Under the pieces are notes generated by a model that saw only the letters and a program-made list of their open reading frames with translations, was not told where the DNA came from and searched no databases. Positions 18,693 through 27,407 of a DNA stretch of 64,000 nt are shown here, in pieces. The position numbers and the translations under genes are program-made. The DNA comes from a virus. The stretch lies in IMG/VR virus record IMGVR_UViG_3300032285_000892, positions 1-64,000 of that record; one strand, written 5' to 3'. Each line of letters starts with the position of its first letter. Within the stretch, counting starts at the first letter, position 1.

Positions 18693-19066
18693 TATACATC
18701 TCCTCTTTCAGAGCGTGATAACAAATAGACAAAGAAGCATGCAATGATACCAAAGAACATGAATGCTATATGTACATCCATATCAAATGGTTCTGTCATT
18801 ATTTTATACACCAATGTGTATAATACAATGATGCAGCAACAAAGAGCATAAATACAACTACGCATTAATATGCGTCTGTGATGATTAGCTGCTTTCTTAG
18901 CTAGATTATAATGAACAATATTGTCCGTATTAGCAATATGCTTATCAGATACAACAATACGTCCATTATATTGTCTTTTAGCAAATTCAGCCCAATCTTT
19001 GTCTTGATGTGAGCCCATGTGTAAACCTTTCTCATTGTACACAGTGTAATAGTTTGAATCTTTCAT
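18692..19066 (-). CDS. membrane protein with two C-terminal TM helices
   Basis: 124 aa; CIYALCCCIIVLYTLVY and IAFMFFGIIACFFVYLL. Confidence 0.65.
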   Translation of the reverse strand: MKDSNYYTVYNEKGLHMGSHQDKDWAEFAKRQYNGRIVVSDKHIANTDNIVHYNLAKKAANHHRRILMRSCIYALCCCIIVLYTLVYKIMTEPFDMDVHIAFMFFGIIACFFVYLLSRSERGDV

Positions 19067-19099
19067 TTGAATAATATATTAAAGGGTTGAAAATACAAT

Positions 19100-19520
19100 A
19101 AAATAAGAGGACTGATTACCCTCTCTGTACCGTTTAGCAGGTTGAAGCCATCTATCTCCACACCAGGACGTATCCTTACAGTGGCTGGTTGTTACCAATG
19201 AATGACTGTGATAGAACATGTTCATCATTCATTAGGCTCGAGACTTATCCCCTCTGCATTCAATTGTAATACTAACCTGATATTTTTGCACTCCACATGG
19301 CATGGACTAATTCTCATTACTGAGACTGCATATTTCCTAGTTTACAATTGCTATCCCTTGGGAGATGATTAGTTAAGCTTTTTCAATAAATGATAACATA
19401 CGTTACACATCAATTGATTGCTACACAATCCTACTAATCATGTGGTTTCACATCTTATGAGTACTAACAGAATAGCCTTTAGCATAAGAAGTCTTTATAT
19501 CCACGATAGAATGATGCATT
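19100..19520 (-). ncRNA. candidate large structured non-coding RNA of unknown family
   Basis: No ORF over ~20 codons on the minus strand; at least seven mutually nested helices of 4-9 bp; GUAA and UACG tetraloops and G-U pairs on the minus strand; terminator-like 3' hairpin. Confidence 0.6.
19106..19124 (-). terminator. 3' hairpin/terminator of the candidate ncRNA
   Basis: Minus strand AGAGG-gtaatcagt-CCTCT then TATTTTATT. Confidence 0.45.
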
Positions 19521-19527
19521 AAATAAA

Positions 19528-19549
19528 AGGGAGAAACATTATTCTCCCT
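19528..19549 (-). terminator. intrinsic terminator
   Basis: AGGGAGAA...TTCTCCCT 8-bp stem followed by TTTATTT on the minus strand. Confidence 0.6.
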
Positions 19550-19558
19550 ATGTAATAA

Positions 19559-19705
19559 CTAATTAGAAGAAACAAGCTTACATGCAAATAAACCATAAGG
19601 TTCATTATTAAGTAATGACTCAACTTTTTCTTTTGAATTTACAGTGAGTATGTGATGATAAATTATAGAACATCTACTATACTCAATAGAATATATATGA
19701 TACAT
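19559..19705 (-). CDS. small hypothetical protein (48 aa)
   Basis: Hand-translated MYHIYSIEYSRCSIIYHHILTVNSKEKVESLLNNEPYGLFACKLVSSN, followed by a terminator. Confidence 0.45.
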   Translation of the reverse strand: MYHIYSIEYSRCSIIYHHILTVNSKEKVESLLNNEPYGLFACKLVSSN

Positions 19706-19833
19706 ATCTTTATTATTTAAAAGGGTTATTAATGCTATATATTTTTATGTAGCATGTTATTTTACACTATTGATTTACACTTATTATCACCCACAAGTGG
19801 ACACGTCGCTTCTTTTACATCCACTTAATCAAT

Positions 19834-19903
19834 CAAACTAATGCTATTTTACCATAAAAGTTTATTTTCTCCTAAGAGACAATGTTAAGATAGCATTAGT
19901 TTG
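19834..19903. repeat. 14-bp perfect inverted repeat
   Basis: CAAACTAATGCTAT (19834-19847) and ATAGCATTAGTTTG (19890-19903), 42-nt spacer. Confidence 0.85.
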
Positions 19904-19954
19904 TCAATTACCCACCCAACTGAGTACTTACTCCCACCTTGTATATAAAAGAAT

Positions 19955-19972
19955 GAGAGCCCGAAGGCTCTC
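19955..19972 (-). terminator. strong intrinsic terminator with C(UUCG)G tetraloop
   Basis: Minus strand GAGAGCC-TTCG-GGCTCTC then ATTCTTTT, right after the stop of 19979-20362. Confidence 0.8.
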
Positions 19973-19978
19973 GTTCTA

Positions 19979-20362
19979 TTATGATGGAATTTCATCAGTT
20001 GATTCAACCTTAACAGTTGGCTTGAAACCACGAGATTTGATGGCTTCGATCTTGGAAGCTGTTTCTACCATTCGCTCTACCTTATCGGCACTAGCTGCGG
20101 ACTGAACCTGCCAAGAGTATTGGCCTTTCTTATCCTCACGCTCCACTAAACCAAGCTTGGCACGATACAACGTATCGTTGTTATAAAGCTTGACAAACTC
20201 GTCATCTTCATTGGCAGTAAAAGCTTTGCCTTCGAAGGAGAAGGTAAGATAGTTCTTGCCGTGGTTCTTGCTACCTTCTTTAGTGTTCTTGTAAGGACGA
20301 GCACCTGCAATTAAAGAGATGTCAAAGATTTCAACACCCTCAATGATTTTTGGATTTTCCAT
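19979..20362 (-). CDS. first gene of the leftward module, hypothetical protein
   Basis: 127 aa with its own terminator; C-ending codons (TTC, AAC, ATC) are more frequent than in neighbouring genes. Confidence 0.75.
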   Translation of the reverse strand: MENPKIIEGVEIFDISLIAGARPYKNTKEGSKNHGKNYLTFSFEGKAFTANEDDEFVKLYNNDTLYRAKLGLVEREDKKGQYSWQVQSAASADKVERMVETASKIEAIKSRGFKPTVKVESTDEIPS

Positions 20363-20804
20363 TTGTATTATAAATTAAATTGTTATTGGCTACAAGCACG
20401 GGGACCACCCGAACCCAGCCAATCATAGGTGGGGTCGCTGTTGGAAGTGGTCAACACAGTCACACCCACGATCGGTATGGGGGGTGCATAAAATTTTGGG
20501 AAAAGTTTTTTTTGGAATTTGGAAAAACATTTCTCACCTTTGGGGGGGATAAAGGGGGGGCTACATCAATCTCCGTGCACACCATGATACATATATCTTT
20601 AAACGATTCTAGAAATTTTGGAATAGGATTTGAATATAGGGGTAAGTCTCTTTCAAATTACAGTATTAAAAGGTTTGATTTTCATTTGTTATTGATTACA
20701 GTTTCATTTGTATTTACAAGATTTAATACATAATATAGCAATGGAATTATCTAGTCATCATTGGAATTCCAAACATTATACATATATTTGCCAGCAAACT
20801 AAAT
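20363..20804. promoter_or_regulatory. divergent control region between replication and structural modules
   Basis: Strand switch point; GC-rich hairpin segment, G6-G7 tracts and A/T tracts, then an AT-rich promoter region. Confidence 0.6.
20783..20790 (+). promoter_or_regulatory. Bacteroidota-type -7 promoter box (TAnnTTTG)
   Basis: TATATTTG 14 nt upstream of the first rightward ATG. Confidence 0.6.
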
Positions 20805-21167
20805 ATGGAAAAGACTGACAAGAAGATAATCATCCAGAAGTTTCTACGTAAAGTGGAAGATGATTATGCTATGGCAGAGAAATATTACAGTGTTCTGTCT
20901 ACGATTAATGATCTCCATTTGACAACAAGGGAGATACAGCTTGTAGCATTCACAGCTATACATGGTAACATCTCATATTCCACTATCAGAGAGGATTTTT
21001 GTAAGAAATACAATAGCACCAGTCCTACGATTAATAACATCATTAGCAAACTAAAGAGGATAGGAGTGTTTGTAAAGGATGGAAGTAAGATAAAGGTTAA
21101 TCCTGTCATCATTCTCAATTTCAGTAATAATATTACGCTAGAGATAAAGGTGGAACACAATGAATAA
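20805..21167 (+). CDS. putative winged-helix DNA-binding protein
   Basis: LTTREIQLVAF...STSPTINNIISKLKRIGVFVKDGSKIKVNP (helix-turn-helix plus wing). Confidence 0.55.
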   Translation: MEKTDKKIIIQKFLRKVEDDYAMAEKYYSVLSTINDLHLTTREIQLVAFTAIHGNISYSTIREDFCKKYNSTSPTINNIISKLKRIGVFVKDGSKIKVNPVIILNFSNNITLEIKVEHNE

Positions 21168-21513
21168 GCCTCAATCATTATCGGTTAAAGATTTTCTTAT
21201 AAGGACGCTAGCTGTTAAGCTTGCAATTAATGAGAAGGTAATTGAGGCTGTAGTTAATCATCAGTTCCAAGCTGCTAATGAGGCATTAGATACAAATGGT
21301 AGTGTAGAAATAAGTGGATTTGGTAAGTTTGTGTTTAATGAAAAGAAGGCTGAAAGAAAGACATTGATTCTTCTAGCAAAGATAGAAAAGGCAGAGAAGG
21401 ATATGGTTGATGAGAATGCAACAGAAGCATATAGGAAGAGAGCAAGTGTTATATATACAAAAACTAAAGATCAATTAAGATTGCTAAAACCAACAAAAAG
21501 CGATAATGATTAA
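21160..21513 (+). CDS. HU/IHF-like DNA-binding protein
   Basis: LAVKLAINEKVIEAVV...ALDTNGSVEISGFGKFVF matches the HU/IHF GFGxF motif. Confidence 0.7.
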   Translation: MNKPQSLSVKDFLIRTLAVKLAINEKVIEAVVNHQFQAANEALDTNGSVEISGFGKFVFNEKKAERKTLILLAKIEKAEKDMVDENATEAYRKRASVIYTKTKDQLRLLKPTKSDND

Positions 21514-21811
21514 TTTTAAACAAGTGTACGAAGGGTGGAAGAACAAGTTAGTTCCAGCCCAAGAAATGAAAGTGTTAATACATGATGTTAGTTCAGAGCG
21601 TTTAGCATTATGTGGAAAGTGTCCATTTCATTCAAAGTTTCATAAGACGCCTTTAAGGCCAGATGATCATTGTGTAGAATGTGGATGCACCTTGTCAGCA
21701 AAGACAGCATGTTTGTCATGTGAATGTCCGCTACCAGGAGAGAGAAAAGTATGGGATGCTGTATTGCATTCTAACGAAGAAGAAGAAGAATTGAAAAAAC
21801 AAACCGTCTAA
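21506..21811 (+). CDS. Cys-rich putative Zn-binding protein
   Basis: RLALCGKCPF...CVECGCTLSAKTACLSCECPL...W. Confidence 0.65.
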   Translation: MINFKQVYEGWKNKLVPAQEMKVLIHDVSSERLALCGKCPFHSKFHKTPLRPDDHCVECGCTLSAKTACLSCECPLPGERKVWDAVLHSNEEEEELKKQTV

Positions 21812-22050
21812 TGGCTATTATAAAGAAGGTTCCCCTCGATGAGATTATAGATGTCTTTATGGACTTATATAATAAAGGTGTTGATTTCATTGATCTCATT
21901 GCCTCAGAAAATGATAACAGAATTTCTGTTATATTCTCTGAAGATTACCTCAATGAAGATGCTAAAGATAACTTCGAAAATATTGAAGTGGACATAGAAG
22001 AGGAAGAGCAAAAAGCTTTAACAGACGAAGATCTAAATCAGTTGATATGA
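21811..22050 (+). CDS. acidic hypothetical protein
   Basis: 79 aa, translationally coupled. Confidence 0.65.
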   Translation: MAIIKKVPLDEIIDVFMDLYNKGVDFIDLIASENDNRISVIFSEDYLNEDAKDNFENIEVDIEEEEQKALTDEDLNQLI

Positions 22051-22316
22051 ATTATTACGCACAGATCATTAATGTGCTCAACGAGCTAAAAGAATTGTTT
22101 CCTAGATACAATTTAGGAAGGCATTTAGAAACAGCTCTTGATGGACATAAAGATATGTGGGGACTGTCAGACAAAGACATGCTCAATGCCATCAATGCAT
22201 ATAAACAAAAGCTCACAATTGACACTCAACATAGAGATGACTCAGAGCTTGCAAAGATTATAAATGATGGAATGCATTTAGATAACATTTTACACGAGGA
22301 TGAAGAAGACGACTAA
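22047..22316 (+). CDS. hypothetical protein
   Basis: 89 aa, translationally coupled. Confidence 0.65.
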   Translation: MNYYAQIINVLNELKELFPRYNLGRHLETALDGHKDMWGLSDKDMLNAINAYKQKLTIDTQHRDDSELAKIINDGMHLDNILHEDEEDD

Positions 22317-22319
22317 ATC

Positions 22320-22652
22320 ATGGCAGCAATAAAGAAAACTACATACATTAATACAGAGCTTGAATGGGCTGAAGAACAACTATCCTCATGGAGAACCTAT
22401 GTTGATGCTCATCCAATGCATGAATTAAAAGATAGAATTGAATGGAAGCCCACAGGAAAGGGCGGACTTTTACCTATGGTGATTGCGTCTATAGAAGCTC
22501 AAGGTAAATTTATACAAGAGACAATGAAGAACTATCTAGCCCTCTTGGAAGTGGTAGATAAATTGCGTGAAAAGGAGGAAGCTAAGGTTGAAGTGAGAGG
22601 AGGAGCTGGAATGAGCTCAAAAGCGGAGAAGTTTCTTAAAAATAGAGGATGA
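22320..22652 (+). CDS. hypothetical protein, possible terminase small subunit
   Basis: 110 aa helical protein overlapping the terL start; function inferred from position only. Confidence 0.4.
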   Translation: MAAIKKTTYINTELEWAEEQLSSWRTYVDAHPMHELKDRIEWKPTGKGGLLPMVIASIEAQGKFIQETMKNYLALLEVVDKLREKEEAKVEVRGGAGMSSKAEKFLKNRG

Positions 22653-24682
22653 TAGAATTACATAATGTAGATTATAAGGACTGGATGATGAACCAGAAAC
22701 GTCTGCCTACACCAGATAGTGCGGAGCATCAGGAGTTCTTTGACTTCCATGAGGAGCTATGTACAAATGGCTGCATGATGGGAGGAGTTTACATTAATCC
22801 TTTTCTATATTGGCACCTTAATGCATGGCATACAGAGGTGGACGTTATAGATGATAGAGGAAGAATCAATCAGATGTATGCTAACCCATCATTACGTGAT
22901 AATGAGTGGATAGTAACAAATGAAATTGATAGAGCACAGCTAGAAAAAAAAGGGCTCATTATTCTTGGTATTCGACGTTTTGCCAAGTCTGTTCTAGAGG
23001 CGTCATACGTGGCACATGGAGCAACATTTGATGAGAACTCACAGAACATTATATCAGGGCTAAATGCACCCGATATAAAGCTAATTACAGACAAGATAGA
23101 TAAGGGACTTAACTATCTTCCAGAAGCTTGGAGATGGCAACGTGTAGAAGATAACTGGGCCAAGCAAGTAACATTAGGAATAAAGACAAGAGGAGGAGAA
23201 CGTATCCCCTTCTCACAGATATTAATACGTAACCTTGATGAAGGTAATAATGAAGAAGCAATTGCAGGTACAAAACCTAGAAGATTAATTATAGATGAGA
23301 TTGGTAAAGGTAGTTTCCTTCGAGGTTTACAAGCGGCTATTCCAGGCTTCACTACACCCTTTGGCTGGGGTTGCTCACCGATTCTTACAGGAACTGGTGG
23401 GGATATGAAGAAGTTTATGGATGCAAAGAGCTTAATGTTCGATGTAGCCAATTATAACTTCCTAGAATACAATAATGCTAAGGATGAGTCAAGGATACAT
23501 GGGCTATTCATTTCTCATAAGTTTAGAATGGAAGCTAAGGAGGAATCAAGCCTTGGTGAATATTTAAATGAACCATTAGAATCTGAGCTTTATAATGTAA
23601 AGATGCTTGTCAGCAATGAGGAGCTAGCTACAAAGATCACTAATGATAACTTAGATAGACTTAAGAAAGCAGGAGATAGAATTGCATATTTAAAAGAGAA
23701 GATGTACTATCCACAGGAAGTGGATGACATATTCTTAAATGAAGACTCTAACATATTTGATATAGAGGGAGCGAAACGACAGAAGTCCAGACTCTTATCT
23801 CAAGAGCGTACAGGTACACCAGTCGTGCTATATGATGATGGTGATGGTATAAAGCATGAGTTTACGGACAAACTGCCCATCACCAACTTCCCTCTTAAGA
23901 ATATAGATCAGAAAGATGCTCCTATAGTAATATATGAGTTTCCTATTGAGAGTCCACCTTATGGTTTGTATGTAGCAGGGGTCGATCCATATCGTCAAGG
24001 TAAGTCGGCCTACTCTACATCACTAGGAGCTGTATACATATATAAAAGGATGCATGCCATTAATGGTGAGAAGTATCAAGATATGTTTGTAGCCTCCTAT
24101 GTAGCACGTCCTGATAAGAAAGAAGTGTGGGACGAACAAGCAAGATTATTAATAAAGTATTTCAATGCAAGGGCCTTGTGTGAGAATGATGAGATTAGCT
24201 TTATTGATTACATGATTGCAAAAGGAGATGCTCATTATTTAGAGAAACAACCAGATTGGTTGAAAGATATTGTACCTAACACCACTGTGAGACGTGACTA
24301 TGGTATTCACCGTTCATCAGATAAGATTAGAGACTTTCTCCATAACTGTCTGAAGAAGTACACAGAGGAAACGCTGTTAAAAGAAACAGATGAAGAGGGC
24401 AATGTAACAAAAGAAACAAAAGGAATGGCCAAGATATTTGACCCTGTCCTTTTAGAAGAGATGATTCAGTACAATGAGGAAGGTAACTTTGACCGTATCA
24501 TTGCAGCTGAATTAGCTGTAGCATTAGCTATGAAAATGGATCCTATCATGGGAAGGATAGGAGGACAGGGAGATGGAAGAGTACAAGCAATGTATTCTCT
24601 CAAGAAACAAAGTAGATTATTTGGTCAATCATCCCCAGGATTATTTGGTTCTGGAAAGCATAAACAAAAACTGTTTACATAA
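22649..24682 (+). CDS. terL: terminase large subunit
   Basis: Walker A-like GIRRFAKS, Walker B LIIDEIG, coupling motif TGTGG, RNase H-like YVAGVDPY, C-terminal NFDRIIA. Confidence 0.92.
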   Translation: MIELHNVDYKDWMMNQKRLPTPDSAEHQEFFDFHEELCTNGCMMGGVYINPFLYWHLNAWHTEVDVIDDRGRINQMYANPSLRDNEWIVTNEIDRAQLEKKGLIILGIRRFAKSVLEASYVAHGATFDENSQNIISGLNAPDIKLITDKIDKGLNYLPEAWRWQRVEDNWAKQVTLGIKTRGGERIPFSQILIRNLDEGNNEEAIAGTKPRRLIIDEIGKGSFLRGLQAAIPGFTTPFGWGCSPILTGTGGDMKKFMDAKSLMFDVANYNFLEYNNAKDESRIHGLFISHKFRMEAKEESSLGEYLNEPLESELYNVKMLVSNEELATKITNDNLDRLKKAGDRIAYLKEKMYYPQEVDDIFLNEDSNIFDIEGAKRQKSRLLSQERTGTPVVLYDDGDGIKHEFTDKLPITNFPLKNIDQKDAPIVIYEFPIESPPYGLYVAGVDPYRQGKSAYSTSLGAVYIYKRMHAINGEKYQDMFVASYVARPDKKEVWDEQARLLIKYFNARALCENDEISFIDYMIAKGDAHYLEKQPDWLKDIVPNTTVRRDYGIHRSSDKIRDFLHNCLKKYTEETLLKETDEEGNVTKETKGMAKIFDPVLLEEMIQYNEEGNFDRIIAAELAVALAMKMDPIMGRIGGQGDGRVQAMYSLKKQSRLFGQSSPGLFGSGKHKQKLFT

Positions 24683-27267
24683 TGGCAATTATTAGATATA
24701 CAAAAGATGCAACGATTAGGTATGCCTATCTAAACATCTTTCCTGATCAGTTCAAGACTGATAAAGAGAAGCAAGATGAGAGTTGGATCAAGAATACAAT
24801 GGACTATTTTGCTAATAAGTCCTATGCTGAGTATGTAAAGAACAGAGATACATTTGTTAAGAACTACGACTTAGTAAAAGGTATTCTTCGTATGGATGAC
24901 TTTTATCAAGATGTGCCTGAGGTAAAGAGCTTTACAGATATGCTCACTCAGAATCTAGAGCTTCCTGCATACGTGAAGATGTATTCCATCATCACCACTC
25001 CTTTAAATGAACTTATTGGTGAGATATCAAAGAGACCTGATGCATTCCGTGTTAAGGCATTTGATGATGATAGTAAAGCTGAAGAGCTTGAATTCAAGAC
25101 AGGTATTCTTCAGGAGTATATAATGAATGAAGCCAAACAAAAGATTCTTGAGAAAGCAGCTATAGCAGGGCAAGAATTAGAAGATGAGCAAGTTCAGCAA
25201 ATGACAATGGATGAAGTTAAGGATGAACTTGACAGCTATACATCTATTGCAGAGAAGTGGGCTAATCATGTTCTTACATGTCAAAAAGCAGACTTTGTTC
25301 TTAAAGAGAAATCAGAAGATGCGTTTCGTGACATGTTGATTTCAGCTCGTGAGTTTTATCATATCTATGAGGATAACTCTAAGGTGGGATATAATGTAGA
25401 AGTGGCCAATCCTAAAAATACTTGGTTCCTATCTACACCAGACCGTAAGTATATCTCTGATCCTACAGGACGTGCACAAGGTGCATATGCTGCAGGAACG
25501 GTTCAAGTGATGGAGCTCTCTGAGATTATCGAAGCTATTCCTGATCTTACTAAAGATGAGATTGATCACTTAAGATCATCTTTACAAGACTATGGTTTAA
25601 TTAACGTACGTGAATCTAACCTTGGTAATCCAGATGCAGGTAATGGTATTGACTCTGTACAATACGATACCTATGATCCTCTTGTTCTTCAGACACGTAT
25701 GATCATTGAATCTGAGATGAAGAATAATGATGATGGCTTACAAGACTTCTTAGGGTTAACATCGAATGTGTCTTCATTTGGATACAAGTATGTAGTGGTG
25801 AGAGCTTATTGGATCTCTAAAAAGAAGATTGGTAAACTTATCTTTCTTGATGAGATGGGCAATGAGCAATCAATGCTTGTTGATGAAAATTACAAATCAG
25901 GAACTGTTGATACACAACAGTCATTAGAATGGGGATGGATCAATCAATGGTATCAGGGTATAAAGATTGGACCAGATATCTACCATATTAAACCATTCAA
26001 GCTTCTTAACTACTGTCCAATTATTGGTGTGGTGCATGAAATTAAGAACACAGAAGCAAAGAGTTTAATTGATATGATGAAACCTTTCCAGGTTCTTTAT
26101 AACGTTTGTATGAATCAATTGTACAAGCTATTAGAGAAAGAAGTTGGTAAGGTATATTTAACATCTATTCGTCACATTCCTATTCCTAAAGATGGAGATG
26201 CACAAGATGCTCTTGATGTATGGGAAATGGAAGCACGTAACCGTGGTGTTATGTTTATTGATGACAGTCCAGAGAACTTAAAATCTCCAAGCTCATTTAA
26301 TCAATTCCGTGACATTGACCTTACACGTACGCAGGAGATTCAATCTCGTTACAACTTAGCTATCCAGTTAAAGAATGAGTGTTGGGAATTAGTTGGTATG
26401 TCTAAACAACGTTTAGGGTCTGTCTCAGCCTCTGAAACTGCCACAGGTACCAATACTGCCATCACACAATCATACTCTCAAACTGAGCCATTGTTTGTGG
26501 CACACGAGTATGTATTAGGACAATTGTATCAAGCAATTATTGATGCATCATTATACATTGAAGCTAAAAAACCTCAATCAACTATTTCATACATTACATC
26601 TGATGGAGAATCTGCATTTGTTCAAGTGAATGGAGACGATCTTAAGTTTCGTGATCTTAAGGTGTTCTTAACTAATCGTCCAGAAGATCAGAAGATGTTT
26701 AATGAAATTAGAGGATTATCTCAAGCAGTTCTTCAGAACGGTGGAAGCTTATATGATATCATTGAATTGTATTCTACAAATTCTGTACGTCAGATGAAGA
26801 AAGTATTCAAGAGTCTTAAAGAGCGTCAAGAGCAAATGCAAGATCAGCAGATGCAACAGAAGCAACAAGAGATGGAGCAGCAACAACAAATTGCCCAAGC
26901 TCAGATACAGCAGGCTCAACAGCAACATGATTCAACTATTGCTAATGAGAACTATCAGAAAGAACTAGATCGCATCAATAAAGTACAGATTGCAATGATT
27001 GCTGCTGAATCTAAAGCAGGACCATTGTCTGATGCAGATGCATCTGGAACAGCTGATGTATTAGAAATGTCTAAGTTATCTACAGAAACAAGTAAGGCCG
27101 CTAAAGAATACGAAGCTAAGATGGCTGAGATTCAAAACGAGAATAAAAAAGAAAACAATAAAATGACTATTGAGCGAGAGAAGCTACAAGTGGATCGTGA
27201 GAATCAAGCTAATGATGTTAAAGTAGCTCAGATAAATGCTAGGAATCGAGCATCTAAAAGTAAGTAA
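24682..27267 (+). CDS. portal protein (crAss-type)
   Basis: 861 aa directly after terL; Gln-rich coiled-coil crown region near the C-terminus; canonical terL-portal-scaffold-MCP order. Confidence 0.85.
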   Translation: MAIIRYTKDATIRYAYLNIFPDQFKTDKEKQDESWIKNTMDYFANKSYAEYVKNRDTFVKNYDLVKGILRMDDFYQDVPEVKSFTDMLTQNLELPAYVKMYSIITTPLNELIGEISKRPDAFRVKAFDDDSKAEELEFKTGILQEYIMNEAKQKILEKAAIAGQELEDEQVQQMTMDEVKDELDSYTSIAEKWANHVLTCQKADFVLKEKSEDAFRDMLISAREFYHIYEDNSKVGYNVEVANPKNTWFLSTPDRKYISDPTGRAQGAYAAGTVQVMELSEIIEAIPDLTKDEIDHLRSSLQDYGLINVRESNLGNPDAGNGIDSVQYDTYDPLVLQTRMIIESEMKNNDDGLQDFLGLTSNVSSFGYKYVVVRAYWISKKKIGKLIFLDEMGNEQSMLVDENYKSGTVDTQQSLEWGWINQWYQGIKIGPDIYHIKPFKLLNYCPIIGVVHEIKNTEAKSLIDMMKPFQVLYNVCMNQLYKLLEKEVGKVYLTSIRHIPIPKDGDAQDALDVWEMEARNRGVMFIDDSPENLKSPSSFNQFRDIDLTRTQEIQSRYNLAIQLKNECWELVGMSKQRLGSVSASETATGTNTAITQSYSQTEPLFVAHEYVLGQLYQAIIDASLYIEAKKPQSTISYITSDGESAFVQVNGDDLKFRDLKVFLTNRPEDQKMFNEIRGLSQAVLQNGGSLYDIIELYSTNSVRQMKKVFKSLKERQEQMQDQQMQQKQQEMEQQQQIAQAQIQQAQQQHDSTIANENYQKELDRINKVQIAMIAAESKAGPLSDADASGTADVLEMSKLSTETSKAAKEYEAKMAEIQNENKKENNKMTIEREKLQVDRENQANDVKVAQINARNRASKSK

Positions 27268-27407
27268 TTCTAACTTTTTTGGTTAGAGTAAACTTTTTTA
27301 ATGCTATATTATCCAGAATATTCAGTGATTTTAGACTTATTCTATTTGTTATTACTTTAATGTAACATATTTTTATATCGAAAAACCAATTCAAAAACAA
27401 ACTACGT

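Noticed and set aside
19140-19260. Resemblance of GAGGGGATAAGTCTCGAGC...GGCTT to RNase P CR-I/CR-V, and of AGACT/TAGTCC to group I intron P7
   Set aside because: The P4-like pairing is only about 5 bp, and the order of elements does not fit either family; kept as an unclassified ncRNA candidate
20380-20733. 117 aa plus-strand ORF across the control region
   Set aside because: It runs through homopolymer tracts and the hairpin, has no protein-like motifs, and is better explained as regulatory DNA
7399-24682. Inteins or introns in DnaB, PolB and TerL
   Set aside because: Lengths are ordinary, motifs are contiguous, and no intein splice-junction or LAGLIDADG blocks were seen
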